Shown in pieces: positions 26,464 through 36,315 of a stretch of DNA of 64,000 nucleotides. Made by a program: the position numbers and the translations under genes. The stretch lies in IMG/VR virus record IMGVR_UViG_3300022074_005559. One strand, given 5' to 3'. The notes under the pieces are model-generated. The model did not search any database, was not told where the DNA came from, and saw nothing but the letters and a program-made list of their open reading frames with translations. Every line of letters starts with the position of its first letter. Position 1 is the first letter of the stretch. This DNA is from a virus. Taxonomy: Duplodnaviria; Caudoviricetes.

Positions 26464-28926
26464 ATGGCTATTACACGAATTAAAACTAACCAGATTACTG
26501 ATCTGGCGGTAACTACGGCTAAACTTGCTGCAAACGCAGTTACAGCAGCAAAGTTGGAGAACAATCTTACCTACGGCAGTGACCTTACTGTCTCAGGTAA
26601 CTTAACAGTTTCAGGTACAACAACAAGTGTTAGTACCACAAATACAAGAGTTGAAGACGCTATCATTGCACTTGCCGCTGAAACCAGTGGCACGCCAAGC
26701 AATGACGCAGGTCTCCTTATCAACCGTGGGTCAAGCGACAACCAAGCATTCCTTTGGGACGAAAGTGCAGATGAGTTTGTCATGGCTAACGTTACATCAG
26801 AGGATGGTGATACAGCAGGTAACGTAACAATCGGCAGTTACGCAACTTTACAAATAGGCAACCTAACAGCCGTAGCACCAACATTTAGTGGTGCAGTAAA
26901 CATTGATAATACAACAGCATCAACAAGTGTATCAACAGGTTCACTTATTGTTGACGGTGGTGCAGGTGTTGCAGGTGCGCTGTTTGTTGGTGGAACATTT
27001 GATGTTGCATCAGGTCAAACAGTTGACTTTAACACAAACGCACTAACAAATGTTGCAGATCCAAGTGGTGCACAAGATGCAGCAACTAAAGCATATGTTG
27101 ACAGTGAAGTATCAAGTGGTTCAACACTGGCTATTGCTGGTGATAGTGGCACAGACAACGTTATTGTTGGTACTAACACATTTACTTTTAGTGGTACTGC
27201 TAATGAGATTGTTACAGCGGTAACAGACAACACAGTAACTATTAGTTTGCCGGATGATGTAACAATCGGCGGTGATGCAGTGGTTACAGGTAACTTGACA
27301 GTTAACGGTACTACAACTACTATCTCTACAACAAACAGTGTGGTTAGTGATAACTTGATCGAACTTAACAACGGTGCAAGTTCAAATGCTAATGACAGTG
27401 GTATTGTTATTGAGCGTGGTTCAACAGGTGACAATGCAATCTTTGCGTGGGACGAAAGCGCAGATACATTTATTGTTGGTACAACAACAGCAACAGGTGC
27501 TAGCACAGGCGATCTTACAATCACAGCAGGTGCTTTCCAAGCAGGCGCAGCTACACTTGACAGTGCATCAATTGGCGGCGGCTATGGTTCAACAGGTGCT
27601 ACAATCAGTAGTGCAGGTGTTGGTCAATTCAACGGCGCAGTTACAGTTGACGGACTAACAAGTGCAGATGGCGGTATAGATGTAAACGGTGCAAACTTTG
27701 CAGTTTCAACAGCAGGTATTGTAACAACTGTAGAAGATATCCGTATTACAGCAGACAGCAAGCAACTTGAGATTGGTGCAGGTACAGACTTTACTATTGG
27801 GCACGATGGTACAGATACAACTATAACTAACAGTACAGGTATTCTTAAGATTGATGGTGCAGCTTCAAGTTCAATCCGTGTTAACGAAGCAGGCGCAGAC
27901 GTAGACTTTATCATTGAAGGCGACAGTGCTACATCATTGTTTGTAGTAGATGCAGGCAACGACAACGTTGGTATTGGTGGAGCAGCAAACGCAAACGCAA
28001 TCTTCCATGTTAACGACACAGGTGCAATGATTCTTGCTGCAGGTACAACTGCACAGCGTCCAGGTACAGCAGTTACTGGTATGTTCCGTTATAACACAAC
28101 CACTAACCAGTTAGAGTATTATGATAACGATAGTTGGGAATCACTAAGTACAGCGTTTACACTAGCAACATCACAAACATTTAACGGTGACGACAGTACA
28201 ACAGACTTTAGTTTGTCATCACTTAGTGGATCTGATAGCTACACTGTTGCTGGTATACTTGTTATGCTAAACGGTGTGGTACAAGAACCAACAACTGTAT
28301 ATGGCTTGAGTGGTAACACACTACAGTTTACAACAGCACCTGCAACAGGTGATTTGATTGAAGTTCGTAAGTTTACAACAACAACTACAGTTACAGCAGT
28401 AAGTGATGCAGACGGTGACACACTAGTACAAGTTGAAGAGTCAAGTGATGAAGATATTATCCGCTTTGATGTAGGCGGCTCGCAGATTGCAAGAATTGAA
28501 AGTACAGGCATTATCCTAGATAGTGGTAAAACTTTCCAAGGTACAGCAACAGCAGCACAATACGCTGACTTGGCTGAAATGTATGCCACTGACACAGATA
28601 TTGAAGCAGGCACAGTTGTACACTTTGTTGGTGAAGGTAAACTTGCAGCATGTGATACAGAAAACTGTCGTGCAGTAGCAGGTATTGTATCAACAGATCC
28701 AGCATACTTAATGAACAGTATGCAAGAAGGTGCAGCACTTGCACTAGCAGGTCGTGTACCATGTAAAGTAACTGGTGCAGTGGCGGCAGGTGACTTGATG
28801 GTCTCAGCAGGCAACGGTATGGCAATGGCTAATAACGAAGCAGCAATGGGTACTGTGATTGGTAAAGCGATTGAAGCAAACGCAGATGGCGAAGGCGTCA
28901 TAGAAGTTCTAGCACTAATGATGTAA
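26464..28926 (+). CDS. Long tail-fibre-like protein with C-terminal intramolecular-chaperone (Peptidase G2-like) domain
   Basis: Repeated fibre modules; C-terminus AQYADLAEMY...LALAGRVPCKV...GDLMVSAGNG...VIGKA. Confidence 0.7.
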   Translation: MAITRIKTNQITDLAVTTAKLAANAVTAAKLENNLTYGSDLTVSGNLTVSGTTTSVSTTNTRVEDAIIALAAETSGTPSNDAGLLINRGSSDNQAFLWDESADEFVMANVTSEDGDTAGNVTIGSYATLQIGNLTAVAPTFSGAVNIDNTTASTSVSTGSLIVDGGAGVAGALFVGGTFDVASGQTVDFNTNALTNVADPSGAQDAATKAYVDSEVSSGSTLAIAGDSGTDNVIVGTNTFTFSGTANEIVTAVTDNTVTISLPDDVTIGGDAVVTGNLTVNGTTTTISTTNSVVSDNLIELNNGASSNANDSGIVIERGSTGDNAIFAWDESADTFIVGTTTATGASTGDLTITAGAFQAGAATLDSASIGGGYGSTGATISSAGVGQFNGAVTVDGLTSADGGIDVNGANFAVSTAGIVTTVEDIRITADSKQLEIGAGTDFTIGHDGTDTTITNSTGILKIDGAASSSIRVNEAGADVDFIIEGDSATSLFVVDAGNDNVGIGGAANANAIFHVNDTGAMILAAGTTAQRPGTAVTGMFRYNTTTNQLEYYDNDSWESLSTAFTLATSQTFNGDDSTTDFSLSSLSGSDSYTVAGILVMLNGVVQEPTTVYGLSGNTLQFTTAPATGDLIEVRKFTTTTTVTAVSDADGDTLVQVEESSDEDIIRFDVGGSQIARIESTGIILDSGKTFQGTATAAQYADLAEMYATDTDIEAGTVVHFVGEGKLAACDTENCRAVAGIVSTDPAYLMNSMQEGAALALAGRVPCKVTGAVAAGDLMVSAGNGMAMANNEAAMGTVIGKAIEANADGEGVIEVLALMM

Positions 28927-28945
28927 TCAACAACGCATATAAAAG

Positions 28946-28971
28946 ATAGCACCTTAGGGTGCTATTTTTTT
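28946..28971 (+). terminator. Intrinsic terminator
   Basis: ATAGCACC-ttag-GGTGCTAT followed by a T-run. Confidence 0.9.
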
Positions 28972-29016
28972 GAGTGATGTGGTAGATAAATACACATACT
29001 ATAAAGGATTACACGA

Positions 29017-30660
29017 ATGGCATTTACAAGACCAAAAGCCTCCCAGATTAACTTTGATGTAACCAATATTTCTGATACACTTATACGCTTAAATAGTGGT
29101 CAGACAGGAAGTGCAGACAAAGACGTTGGACTGGTTATTGAACGTGGCAGTGATACAAATGCTGCTTTTTTGTATGACGAAAGTGCAGACCAGTTTGTAT
29201 TAGTAAATACCACAGAAGATGGAACCACAAGCGGTAATGTAACTATAGCAAGTTATGCTGGGCTACGGACAAATGCTATTGTATATGGCAGTCTTAATGA
29301 TGGGACTACAACACTAACATCAACAGTTGCAGAACTAAATAACCTAGATGGTGTCACAGGCATTTCACTGGGCAGTGCTAATGAACTGGTTATTGTTGAT
29401 AGCGATGGTACAGGCTTCACAAGTAGTAGCACACTAAGCATTGATACCGGCAACAACTATATTGGTATAAATCAAAGTTCACCCGAAGTAACACTGCATA
29501 TGACAGGCGATGGTGCACAGACTGCACAGATTCGCATGGAGCAACACAACGATACAGCAGATGCTCCAGATGTAAGAACACGCAGAAGTAGAGGCACAGC
29601 CGCAAGTCCAAGTAACCTCAATGCAGGCGATTATCTGTTTCGAATCAATGCAGAAGCATACGAAAGTGGAACTTATAACACAAAAGGCAGTATTCAACTT
29701 GACACAAGTTCAGCTGATGTCAGCAAAGGTGTAATACAGTTTCAAACACACGACGGAACAAGCCTAGCAACTAGATTACAAATACTAGACAGTGGTGCTG
29801 TTAGATTTAACAGTGCTTATACATTCCCAACAGCAGATGGCAGTGCAAACCAAATATTAACCACTAATGGTAGTGGAGTATTGAGTTTTGCAAGTCCTGC
29901 TAGTAGTAGTTTTACACTTGCTGCTGATAGCGGTACAAGTGATTCATTCAGTACTGGCGGAACATTAACTTTTGATGGCGGCACAGGTATTGATACAACT
30001 GTAAGCAATGATCAAATAAGCATTGCTATCGACAGCACAGTCGCTACACTTACCGGCAGTCAGACACTAACAAACAAAACACTAACAAGTCCAAATATAA
30101 ACGAGGCGGTTGCATTAACTAGTACTGCAACTGAACTAAATCTACTGGATGGCGCAAGTGCTGGTACAGTAACAGCAAGCAAGGCTGTTATCTATGACAG
30201 CGATGGCGGCATTGTTGCAGGCGGCGATATTAATCTTAACGATGCAGATGATCAAATAATTCACGGTGATGCAAGTTATAAACAAAAGCAATATGTGCTA
30301 TACGGCACAACTACAAATGGATCAGAAACAGAAATCTTTATTGGCGGCACTAGTAACAGTCGCATACCAGTAGCAACAGACACAACAGTATTTTACGAGT
30401 GTGACATTGCAGCAAGACGCACAGATGCAACAGGTGAAAGTGGTGGCTGGCACTTAAAAGCAGTTGTTGATAACTTCAGCGGCACTGTTGCTGACGTAGG
30501 CAACGTGTATGAAGTTCAAGTTGCATCTGATGATGAAAACTTTGAAGTGGATGTAGCGGCTGACAATTCAAACAATGCAATAGCAGTAAAAGTTACAGGT
30601 GCAGGCGGTAAGACAATTCGTTGGGTAGCAATAGTGAGAACATTTGAGGTAACAGAATAA
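29017..30660 (+). CDS. Tail-fibre-like protein
   Basis: Shared GLVIERG...YDESADQF module, LTNKTLTSP, and a beta-sandwich-like C-terminus; TAAATA at 28987-28992. Confidence 0.6.
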   Translation: MAFTRPKASQINFDVTNISDTLIRLNSGQTGSADKDVGLVIERGSDTNAAFLYDESADQFVLVNTTEDGTTSGNVTIASYAGLRTNAIVYGSLNDGTTTLTSTVAELNNLDGVTGISLGSANELVIVDSDGTGFTSSSTLSIDTGNNYIGINQSSPEVTLHMTGDGAQTAQIRMEQHNDTADAPDVRTRRSRGTAASPSNLNAGDYLFRINAEAYESGTYNTKGSIQLDTSSADVSKGVIQFQTHDGTSLATRLQILDSGAVRFNSAYTFPTADGSANQILTTNGSGVLSFASPASSSFTLAADSGTSDSFSTGGTLTFDGGTGIDTTVSNDQISIAIDSTVATLTGSQTLTNKTLTSPNINEAVALTSTATELNLLDGASAGTVTASKAVIYDSDGGIVAGGDINLNDADDQIIHGDASYKQKQYVLYGTTTNGSETEIFIGGTSNSRIPVATDTTVFYECDIAARRTDATGESGGWHLKAVVDNFSGTVADVGNVYEVQVASDDENFEVDVAADNSNNAIAVKVTGAGGKTIRWVAIVRTFEVTE

Positions 30661-33600
30661 TGGCAAGACGCGAACGAAGTTTCTTTTTTAACAACAAAAC
30701 TGGTGCACTAAAATCCAAAGGTAAAACCATTATCGCTGCCACAGCAGATAATGTGCTTGAACTACGTGGCGGCAATAGTGGGCAACAAGTTGGTCTTATT
30801 GCTGTAGGAGATGATAACAATATTGATATTGCGATCACGCCCAAGGGCAACGGTGAAGTTAATATTGCAGCAGGAAACCTAAACTACGCCGGAACTGCAA
30901 TAACTGCTACAGGTGCAGAACTTAACTTTGTAGATGGTGTAACTAGTAATATTCAAACACAGTTAGATGCTAAAACAAATAACACTGGCACAGTGACCAG
31001 TGTTGCTGGCACTGGCACAGTAAACGGACTTACACTTAGTGGCACAGTAACTAGCAGTGGAAGTTTAACTCTTGGTGGTACATTAAGTATAACTGAAAGT
31101 CAAATCAGCGATTTAGGTACTTACTTAACTGCAAGTGATATTACTGGGAAACTAAATCTAAGCGGTGGAACCATGTCTGGTGCTATTGCGATGGGCACTA
31201 ATAAGATTACTGGAATGGGCGATCCTACTTCAGCACAAGATGCCGCAACTAAGGCATATGTAGACAGTAATGTTAGTAGTGCTGCAAACGATGCTACTAT
31301 TACAATCACTGCAAGCACTGGTCTTAGCGGTAGTGCATCCTTTACTACAGACCAAAGTTCAGACGAGACTATTACACTAGCTATAGACAGTACAGTCGCA
31401 ACACTTACTGGTGCACAAACACTTACAAATAAAACACTGACAAGTCCAACTATTGAAACAATAAACAGTGATCTTACTGTAACAGGTAACTTAACAGTAA
31501 GTGGAACAACAACTACAATATCAACAACAAATAGTACAGTAGCAGACAGTCTTATTGAACTAAACACTGGCGCAAGCAGTAACGCAAATGACTTGGGTAT
31601 TGTTATGGAACGTGGTAGCACTGGTGACAATGCTATCTTTATATGGGATGAAAGTGCTGATAAGTTTGTAGTAGGCACTACAACTGCAACTGGAGCAAGT
31701 ACAGGCAACTTATCTGTTACCACAGGCACTCTTGTTGCAAATATTGAAGGTAATGTAACAGGTAACGTAACAGGCGATGTAACTGGTAATGCTGACACTG
31801 CAACTGCTCTTGCAACAGCAAGAAACATTGCTGGTCAAAGTTTTGACGGCTCCTCGGCTATTACTATTGCAAGCACAGATTTAAGCGATACAAGTTCTAT
31901 CACACTTAATGCTGCAACGCAAACTTTAACAAATAAAACTTTGGGTGCTACTACTATTGCAGGGCATATTGTTCCTGATACTGATGATGCATACGATTTA
32001 GGATCTTCTAGTTTAAAGTTTAAAGACTTGTATCTCAGCGGATCAAGTCTTTTCTTGGAAGCATTTTCATTACAAACACATGCTAGTGGTATTACGTTTA
32101 ACCATAGTTCAAACACTACGCTACTTCCTGTAGGCGGAGGAAGTCATACACTAGCAACTCTTACTGCTACACAAACACTTACAAATAAAACACTTACAAC
32201 CCCAACAATAAATGGATTCAGTGGCACAGGAAATGGCACAGTAACAGGAAACTTAACTGTAACAAGTAATGTAAATGCCGATAACTTTACTACTGAAGGA
32301 TTGAAGATAGTTGACAACAACATTCAATCTACTAGAAGTAACGATCATATTAACCTTGTGCCAAACGGTACAGGCAGTGTACAAATTAACGGCAGTGTAT
32401 GGCCCACAGGACTAGGCACAGATGGTTATGTGCTTACTACAGATGGCGCAGGCACACTTACATGGGCTGCAGCAAGCGGCGGCGGGCAAACTGCTGGTCA
32501 TACTATTCAAAATGCAGGATCAAACTTAACAGCAAGAGCTGGTCTTAACTTTGATGGTACATACTTAATCGCAACAGATGATAGTGGAAATAGTCAAACT
32601 GATGTTACAGTCAGCAGTGCATTGCAAACAGTTGCAGGCATTACATTCCCTAGCGGAGCAGTGATTGGCTCAAGCGATACACAAACATTAACAAACAAAA
32701 CAATAGATAGTGCAAGTAACACACTTACACTAGATTTAAGTGAAGGCACACTTACAGGCACTACAGCAGAGTTTAACACTGCACTTAGTGATGATAGTTT
32801 TGTTACACTTACAAATACTGTAACACTTACAAATAAAACTCTAACAAGTCCTACTATAACTGGTGCAAGTTTGACATCCCCAACAGTGACTACCGCTGTA
32901 ACACTAAACGCACAAGCAGATTTACGCTTTGCAGATAGTGATAGCAGTCATTATGTAGGTTTTAAAGCACCTGCTACAGTAACAGCAAACAATATTTGGA
33001 CTTTACCAGCAGAAGATGGTTCTAACACACAGGTACTAACTACCGATGGTAGTGGCACACTTAGTTGGACTGACGGCGGCGGAGGCGGCGGTGCAAGCAC
33101 ACTAGGTGGTCTAAATGATGTGACAGTATCAAGTATAGCAGTAAACGACTTGATAGTTTATACTGGAAGCGGTTTTGAAAATAAAGCAAAACATGAAGTT
33201 GTACCAACTGTAAACTTTACAAAAAGAGACGGTACAGCAGTTCTTATTGAACTTACAAATGCTTATGATACTACTACAATACTAGGATATATGAATGACA
33301 GAGTTTCTCAAAAATACCGCATGGCATTTACAGACAGTAGCGGTACTAGTCATACTACACTGCAAACTGGACTAGATAGCGTTCCTGAATTATCAAATGC
33401 TAGAAATATCGGCGGCGTATCATTTAACGGAAGTGTTGATATAGATTTGCCTGGTGTTAACACTGCTGGTAATCAAGATACAAGTGGCACAGCAGCCATT
33501 GGAACTTCAGTAACAGTTACCGCAAATAACACAGCAAACGAAACAGTATACCTTACATTTGTAGATGGCGCTACTGGTACACAAGGTATTGAAACAGATA

Positions 33601-34040
33601 CAGGATTAACATACAATCCTAGCACAGGAAATCTTGGTGCATCAATATTTACTGGTACAGCGACATCAGCACAGTATGCTGACTTGGCTGAGATGTATGC
33701 TACAGATGAAAAAATAAGTGCAGGCACTGTAGTAATGTTTGCTGGAGCAGGCAAAGTAAAGCCTTGCAATGATGAGAACTGTAGACGAGTAGCAGGTATT
33801 GTTAGTACAGATCCTGCATATCTAATGAATAGCGCATGTGAAGGCGTGCCACTTGCTATAAGTGGTCGAGTACCTTGCAGAGTAATAGGCCCTGTTGAAG
33901 CAGGTGACTTAATGGTAAGTGCTGGAAATGGAATGGCAATGACTAACAATGATGCAAAGTCTGGAACAATCATTGGTAAAGCAATTGAAGAAAATGTTAA
34001 TGGCGAAGGCATCATTGAAATACTAGCAATGATGATGTAA
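30660..34040 (+). CDS. Long tail-fibre-like protein with C-terminal Peptidase G2-like chaperone domain
   Basis: 1126 aa; several LTNKTL repeats; C-terminus AQYADLAEMY...ISGRVPCRV...IIGKA. Confidence 0.7.
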   Translation: MARRERSFFFNNKTGALKSKGKTIIAATADNVLELRGGNSGQQVGLIAVGDDNNIDIAITPKGNGEVNIAAGNLNYAGTAITATGAELNFVDGVTSNIQTQLDAKTNNTGTVTSVAGTGTVNGLTLSGTVTSSGSLTLGGTLSITESQISDLGTYLTASDITGKLNLSGGTMSGAIAMGTNKITGMGDPTSAQDAATKAYVDSNVSSAANDATITITASTGLSGSASFTTDQSSDETITLAIDSTVATLTGAQTLTNKTLTSPTIETINSDLTVTGNLTVSGTTTTISTTNSTVADSLIELNTGASSNANDLGIVMERGSTGDNAIFIWDESADKFVVGTTTATGASTGNLSVTTGTLVANIEGNVTGNVTGDVTGNADTATALATARNIAGQSFDGSSAITIASTDLSDTSSITLNAATQTLTNKTLGATTIAGHIVPDTDDAYDLGSSSLKFKDLYLSGSSLFLEAFSLQTHASGITFNHSSNTTLLPVGGGSHTLATLTATQTLTNKTLTTPTINGFSGTGNGTVTGNLTVTSNVNADNFTTEGLKIVDNNIQSTRSNDHINLVPNGTGSVQINGSVWPTGLGTDGYVLTTDGAGTLTWAAASGGGQTAGHTIQNAGSNLTARAGLNFDGTYLIATDDSGNSQTDVTVSSALQTVAGITFPSGAVIGSSDTQTLTNKTIDSASNTLTLDLSEGTLTGTTAEFNTALSDDSFVTLTNTVTLTNKTLTSPTITGASLTSPTVTTAVTLNAQADLRFADSDSSHYVGFKAPATVTANNIWTLPAEDGSNTQVLTTDGSGTLSWTDGGGGGGASTLGGLNDVTVSSIAVNDLIVYTGSGFENKAKHEVVPTVNFTKRDGTAVLIELTNAYDTTTILGYMNDRVSQKYRMAFTDSSGTSHTTLQTGLDSVPELSNARNIGGVSFNGSVDIDLPGVNTAGNQDTSGTAAIGTSVTVTANNTANETVYLTFVDGATGTQGIETDTGLTYNPSTGNLGASIFTGTATSAQYADLAEMYATDEKISAGTVVMFAGAGKVKPCNDENCRRVAGIVSTDPAYLMNSACEGVPLAISGRVPCRVIGPVEAGDLMVSAGNGMAMTNNDAKSGTIIGKAIEENVNGEGIIEILAMMM

Positions 34041-34075
34041 CACTTGATAAATATACTAAAGACAGGATAGTTTAA

Positions 34076-34993
34076 ATGGCAGCAAAAACACCGATTAAAG
34101 CAACCTTTAGTGGTAGCGATGTAACTGGACTAGCAGAATATACCTCATCGGATTTTATTGAAGTCGCTGACGGTGGTACTGGTGTAGTCACACTTACTAG
34201 CGGCGGTGTTCTTGTTGGCGCTGGTACAGGTGCAGTAACTACTAACAAAGCCGCTCCTAGCGGAGATTTTGTTGGTACTAGCGATACACAAACGCTGACA
34301 AACAAAACACTGACTACTCCAACATTGACTACTCCGTTGGCAAATGCAGGATTACAACTAAAAAACGGTGCTACCAGTGCTGGCTTTATTGAGTTTTTTG
34401 AAGATAGTGATAACGGCACTAACAAGGCTACATTAATAGGTCCTGCAAGTACTGCTGACGTTACAATCACATTACCTGCCGCAACAGATACACTAGTTGG
34501 TAAAGCAACTACAGATACACTAACAAACAAGACACTTACATCTCCAACAATAACAGAACCAGAAGTTAGTACTACGCTGGACATGAATGCCCAAGCAAGC
34601 ACACGTTATTATGACAGTGATAGCAGTAACTTTGTAGCATTTAAGGCGCCAGCTACAGTGGCTACTAGCTTTACTATGTCATGGCCCGATGCAGATGGTG
34701 CTAGTGGACATGTTATGACCACAGACGGTGCAGGTAATCTAAGTTTTGCAGCCGGCGGTGGCGGAGGTAGTAGTTCTGGGTACAATAACAGTACCATTAG
34801 TACTATTCCAGGTAAAAACGGTAACTTTGATTTAAGTTATAATGTGGCACAAACAGTGCAAGAAACACCATTCGACAGCGGAGCAACAGATCCATTTGGA
34901 GTTAACTTGGGCAGTGTGTTTTCAATGATGGATCCAGTTGGTACAATTGAAGACAATAGCGGCGATGGTTTAGATCTAGGTGCATTTACATAA
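34076..34993 (+). CDS. Fibre-associated structural protein
   Basis: LTNKTL repeats and the FKAPATV...PDADG...TTDGAGNLSF module; TAAATA at 34048-34053. Confidence 0.55.
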   Translation: MAAKTPIKATFSGSDVTGLAEYTSSDFIEVADGGTGVVTLTSGGVLVGAGTGAVTTNKAAPSGDFVGTSDTQTLTNKTLTTPTLTTPLANAGLQLKNGATSAGFIEFFEDSDNGTNKATLIGPASTADVTITLPAATDTLVGKATTDTLTNKTLTSPTITEPEVSTTLDMNAQASTRYYDSDSSNFVAFKAPATVATSFTMSWPDADGASGHVMTTDGAGNLSFAAGGGGGSSSGYNNSTISTIPGKNGNFDLSYNVAQTVQETPFDSGATDPFGVNLGSVFSMMDPVGTIEDNSGDGLDLGAFT

Positions 34994-35021
34994 TAAATAT
35001 AGGATATAGCAGGAGCAAAAG

Positions 35022-35579
35022 ATGCCTACAGTATTACAGTTTCGTAGAGGAACAGCAGCACAAAACAATGCGTTTACCGGCGCAGCAGGTGAACTTAGTA
35101 TCAACACTGATGTTGATAGTATTCGAATCCATGATGGATCGACAGCAGGCGGCTTTGAAACAAACGCTAAAGAGGCAACATACGCGGACGTGGCAGAACG
35201 ATATCAAGCAGATGCCGAATATGATCCAGGCACACTATTAGTATTTGGCGGCGAACAAGAAGTCACAGAATCAACAACAGCAATCAGTAAACGTATTTCT
35301 GGGATTGTAACAACTGATCCATACTGTGTGATGAATAGTCCAAAAGACCGTAGAGATGATCCAACCTTTCCTGCAATGGCTCTCTTAGGTCGTGTACCTG
35401 CTAAAGTAGTAGGCGAAGTACAAAAAGGTGATTTAATGGTATCTAGTGATACTGCCGGTCATGCTTGTGCATGGACTGAAGAAGGTTCACCACCTGCTGG
35501 CAGTATTGTTGGTAAAGCAGTTGAGGACAAAACTGGTGCAGAAGCCGGTGTTATTGAGGTAGCAGTAGGAATCAACTAA
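35022..35579 (+). CDS. Short fibre protein: Mtd_N-like N-terminus plus Peptidase G2-like C-terminus
   Basis: MPTVLQFRRGTAAQ...GELSINTD...HDGSTAGG, then YADVAERY...LLGRVPAKV...IVGKA. Confidence 0.65.
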   Translation: MPTVLQFRRGTAAQNNAFTGAAGELSINTDVDSIRIHDGSTAGGFETNAKEATYADVAERYQADAEYDPGTLLVFGGEQEVTESTTAISKRISGIVTTDPYCVMNSPKDRRDDPTFPAMALLGRVPAKVVGEVQKGDLMVSSDTAGHACAWTEEGSPPAGSIVGKAVEDKTGAEAGVIEVAVGIN

Positions 35580-35580
35580 C

Positions 35581-36315
35581 ATGCCCCAGGGTCGGTTTTA
35601 TACCGCAGACTACTTGGGAGAGATGGTTAGCGCAAATACTAGTTGGAAAGATAGAAAAGACCCAAGTACAATGACTTGGGTTGAAAAAACTATCTTCAAC
35701 GAAGATCATGATAACATTGCACATGTTATTGGCAACAGTAAAAGGCGTCTCTGGCTTGATTTAAACTTACTTAAAGGACAAACAGGCGGTAAAAAAGTTC
35801 GCAGTGTAGGGCAAACTTACGGTTGTAACTTACTTTATAAAGACTTTAATCCTACGTTTCTTGTTTGTACAAACAAAAATATTTGCGATGAGCTTGCAAA
35901 TCAGAGATACGGCGATGACAACATTGTATTCTCAAACGTAAAAAATATTTTACAACATCCTGGACATTTTCATTTATATCCTCAACTTTACAGTGCAAGT
36001 GCAGGTAATCTAGCACTTACTCTAGCATGTGCAGACGGTCATAAAACAGTGTACATGATTGGTATGGATACTTATTCTCAGCCTGACGACAATGTATATA
36101 CAGAGGATTACGGTCTTGCAGATGTGCAAGGTGCAAACAACAAGTTTATCTCTGAGAACTGTAAGACGTTTTTAACTTATAGTGATGTACAGTTTTACTA
36201 TGTCAGTGACAAAGCAACTATAATGCCAGAACAATACAACTGGTGTCCTAACGTAAAAAAACTAGAATGGATGCAGTATGTAAGCCTAGCAAGCCTGGGT
36301 GCTATTGCACATTAA
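35581..36315 (+). CDS. DUF115/Maf-like, glycosyltransferase-related protein
   Basis: HVIGNS, YGCNLLYKDF, FLVCT, SAGNLAL, YMIGMD; paralog of 19633-20220. Confidence 0.5.
   Translation: MPQGRFYTADYLGEMVSANTSWKDRKDPSTMTWVEKTIFNEDHDNIAHVIGNSKRRLWLDLNLLKGQTGGKKVRSVGQTYGCNLLYKDFNPTFLVCTNKNICDELANQRYGDDNIVFSNVKNILQHPGHFHLYPQLYSASAGNLALTLACADGHKTVYMIGMDTYSQPDDNVYTEDYGLADVQGANNKFISENCKTFLTYSDVQFYYVSDKATIMPEQYNWCPNVKKLEWMQYVSLASLGAIAH

Noticed and set aside
28540-34040. Diversity-generating retroelement template/variable repeat pair in fibre C-termini
   Set aside because: The two ADLAE domains differ mostly at synonymous positions of all base types rather than specifically at adenines, and no reverse transcriptase is in the window.
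8295-34602. Long antisense and alternative-frame ORFs in the track (e.g. 8295-9011, 9528-10337, 15471-15944, 27015-27524, 28239-28952, 31121-31828, 33473-34015)
   Set aside because: These are shadows of biased codon usage in well-supported opposite-strand genes. They lack SDs and recognisable motifs.
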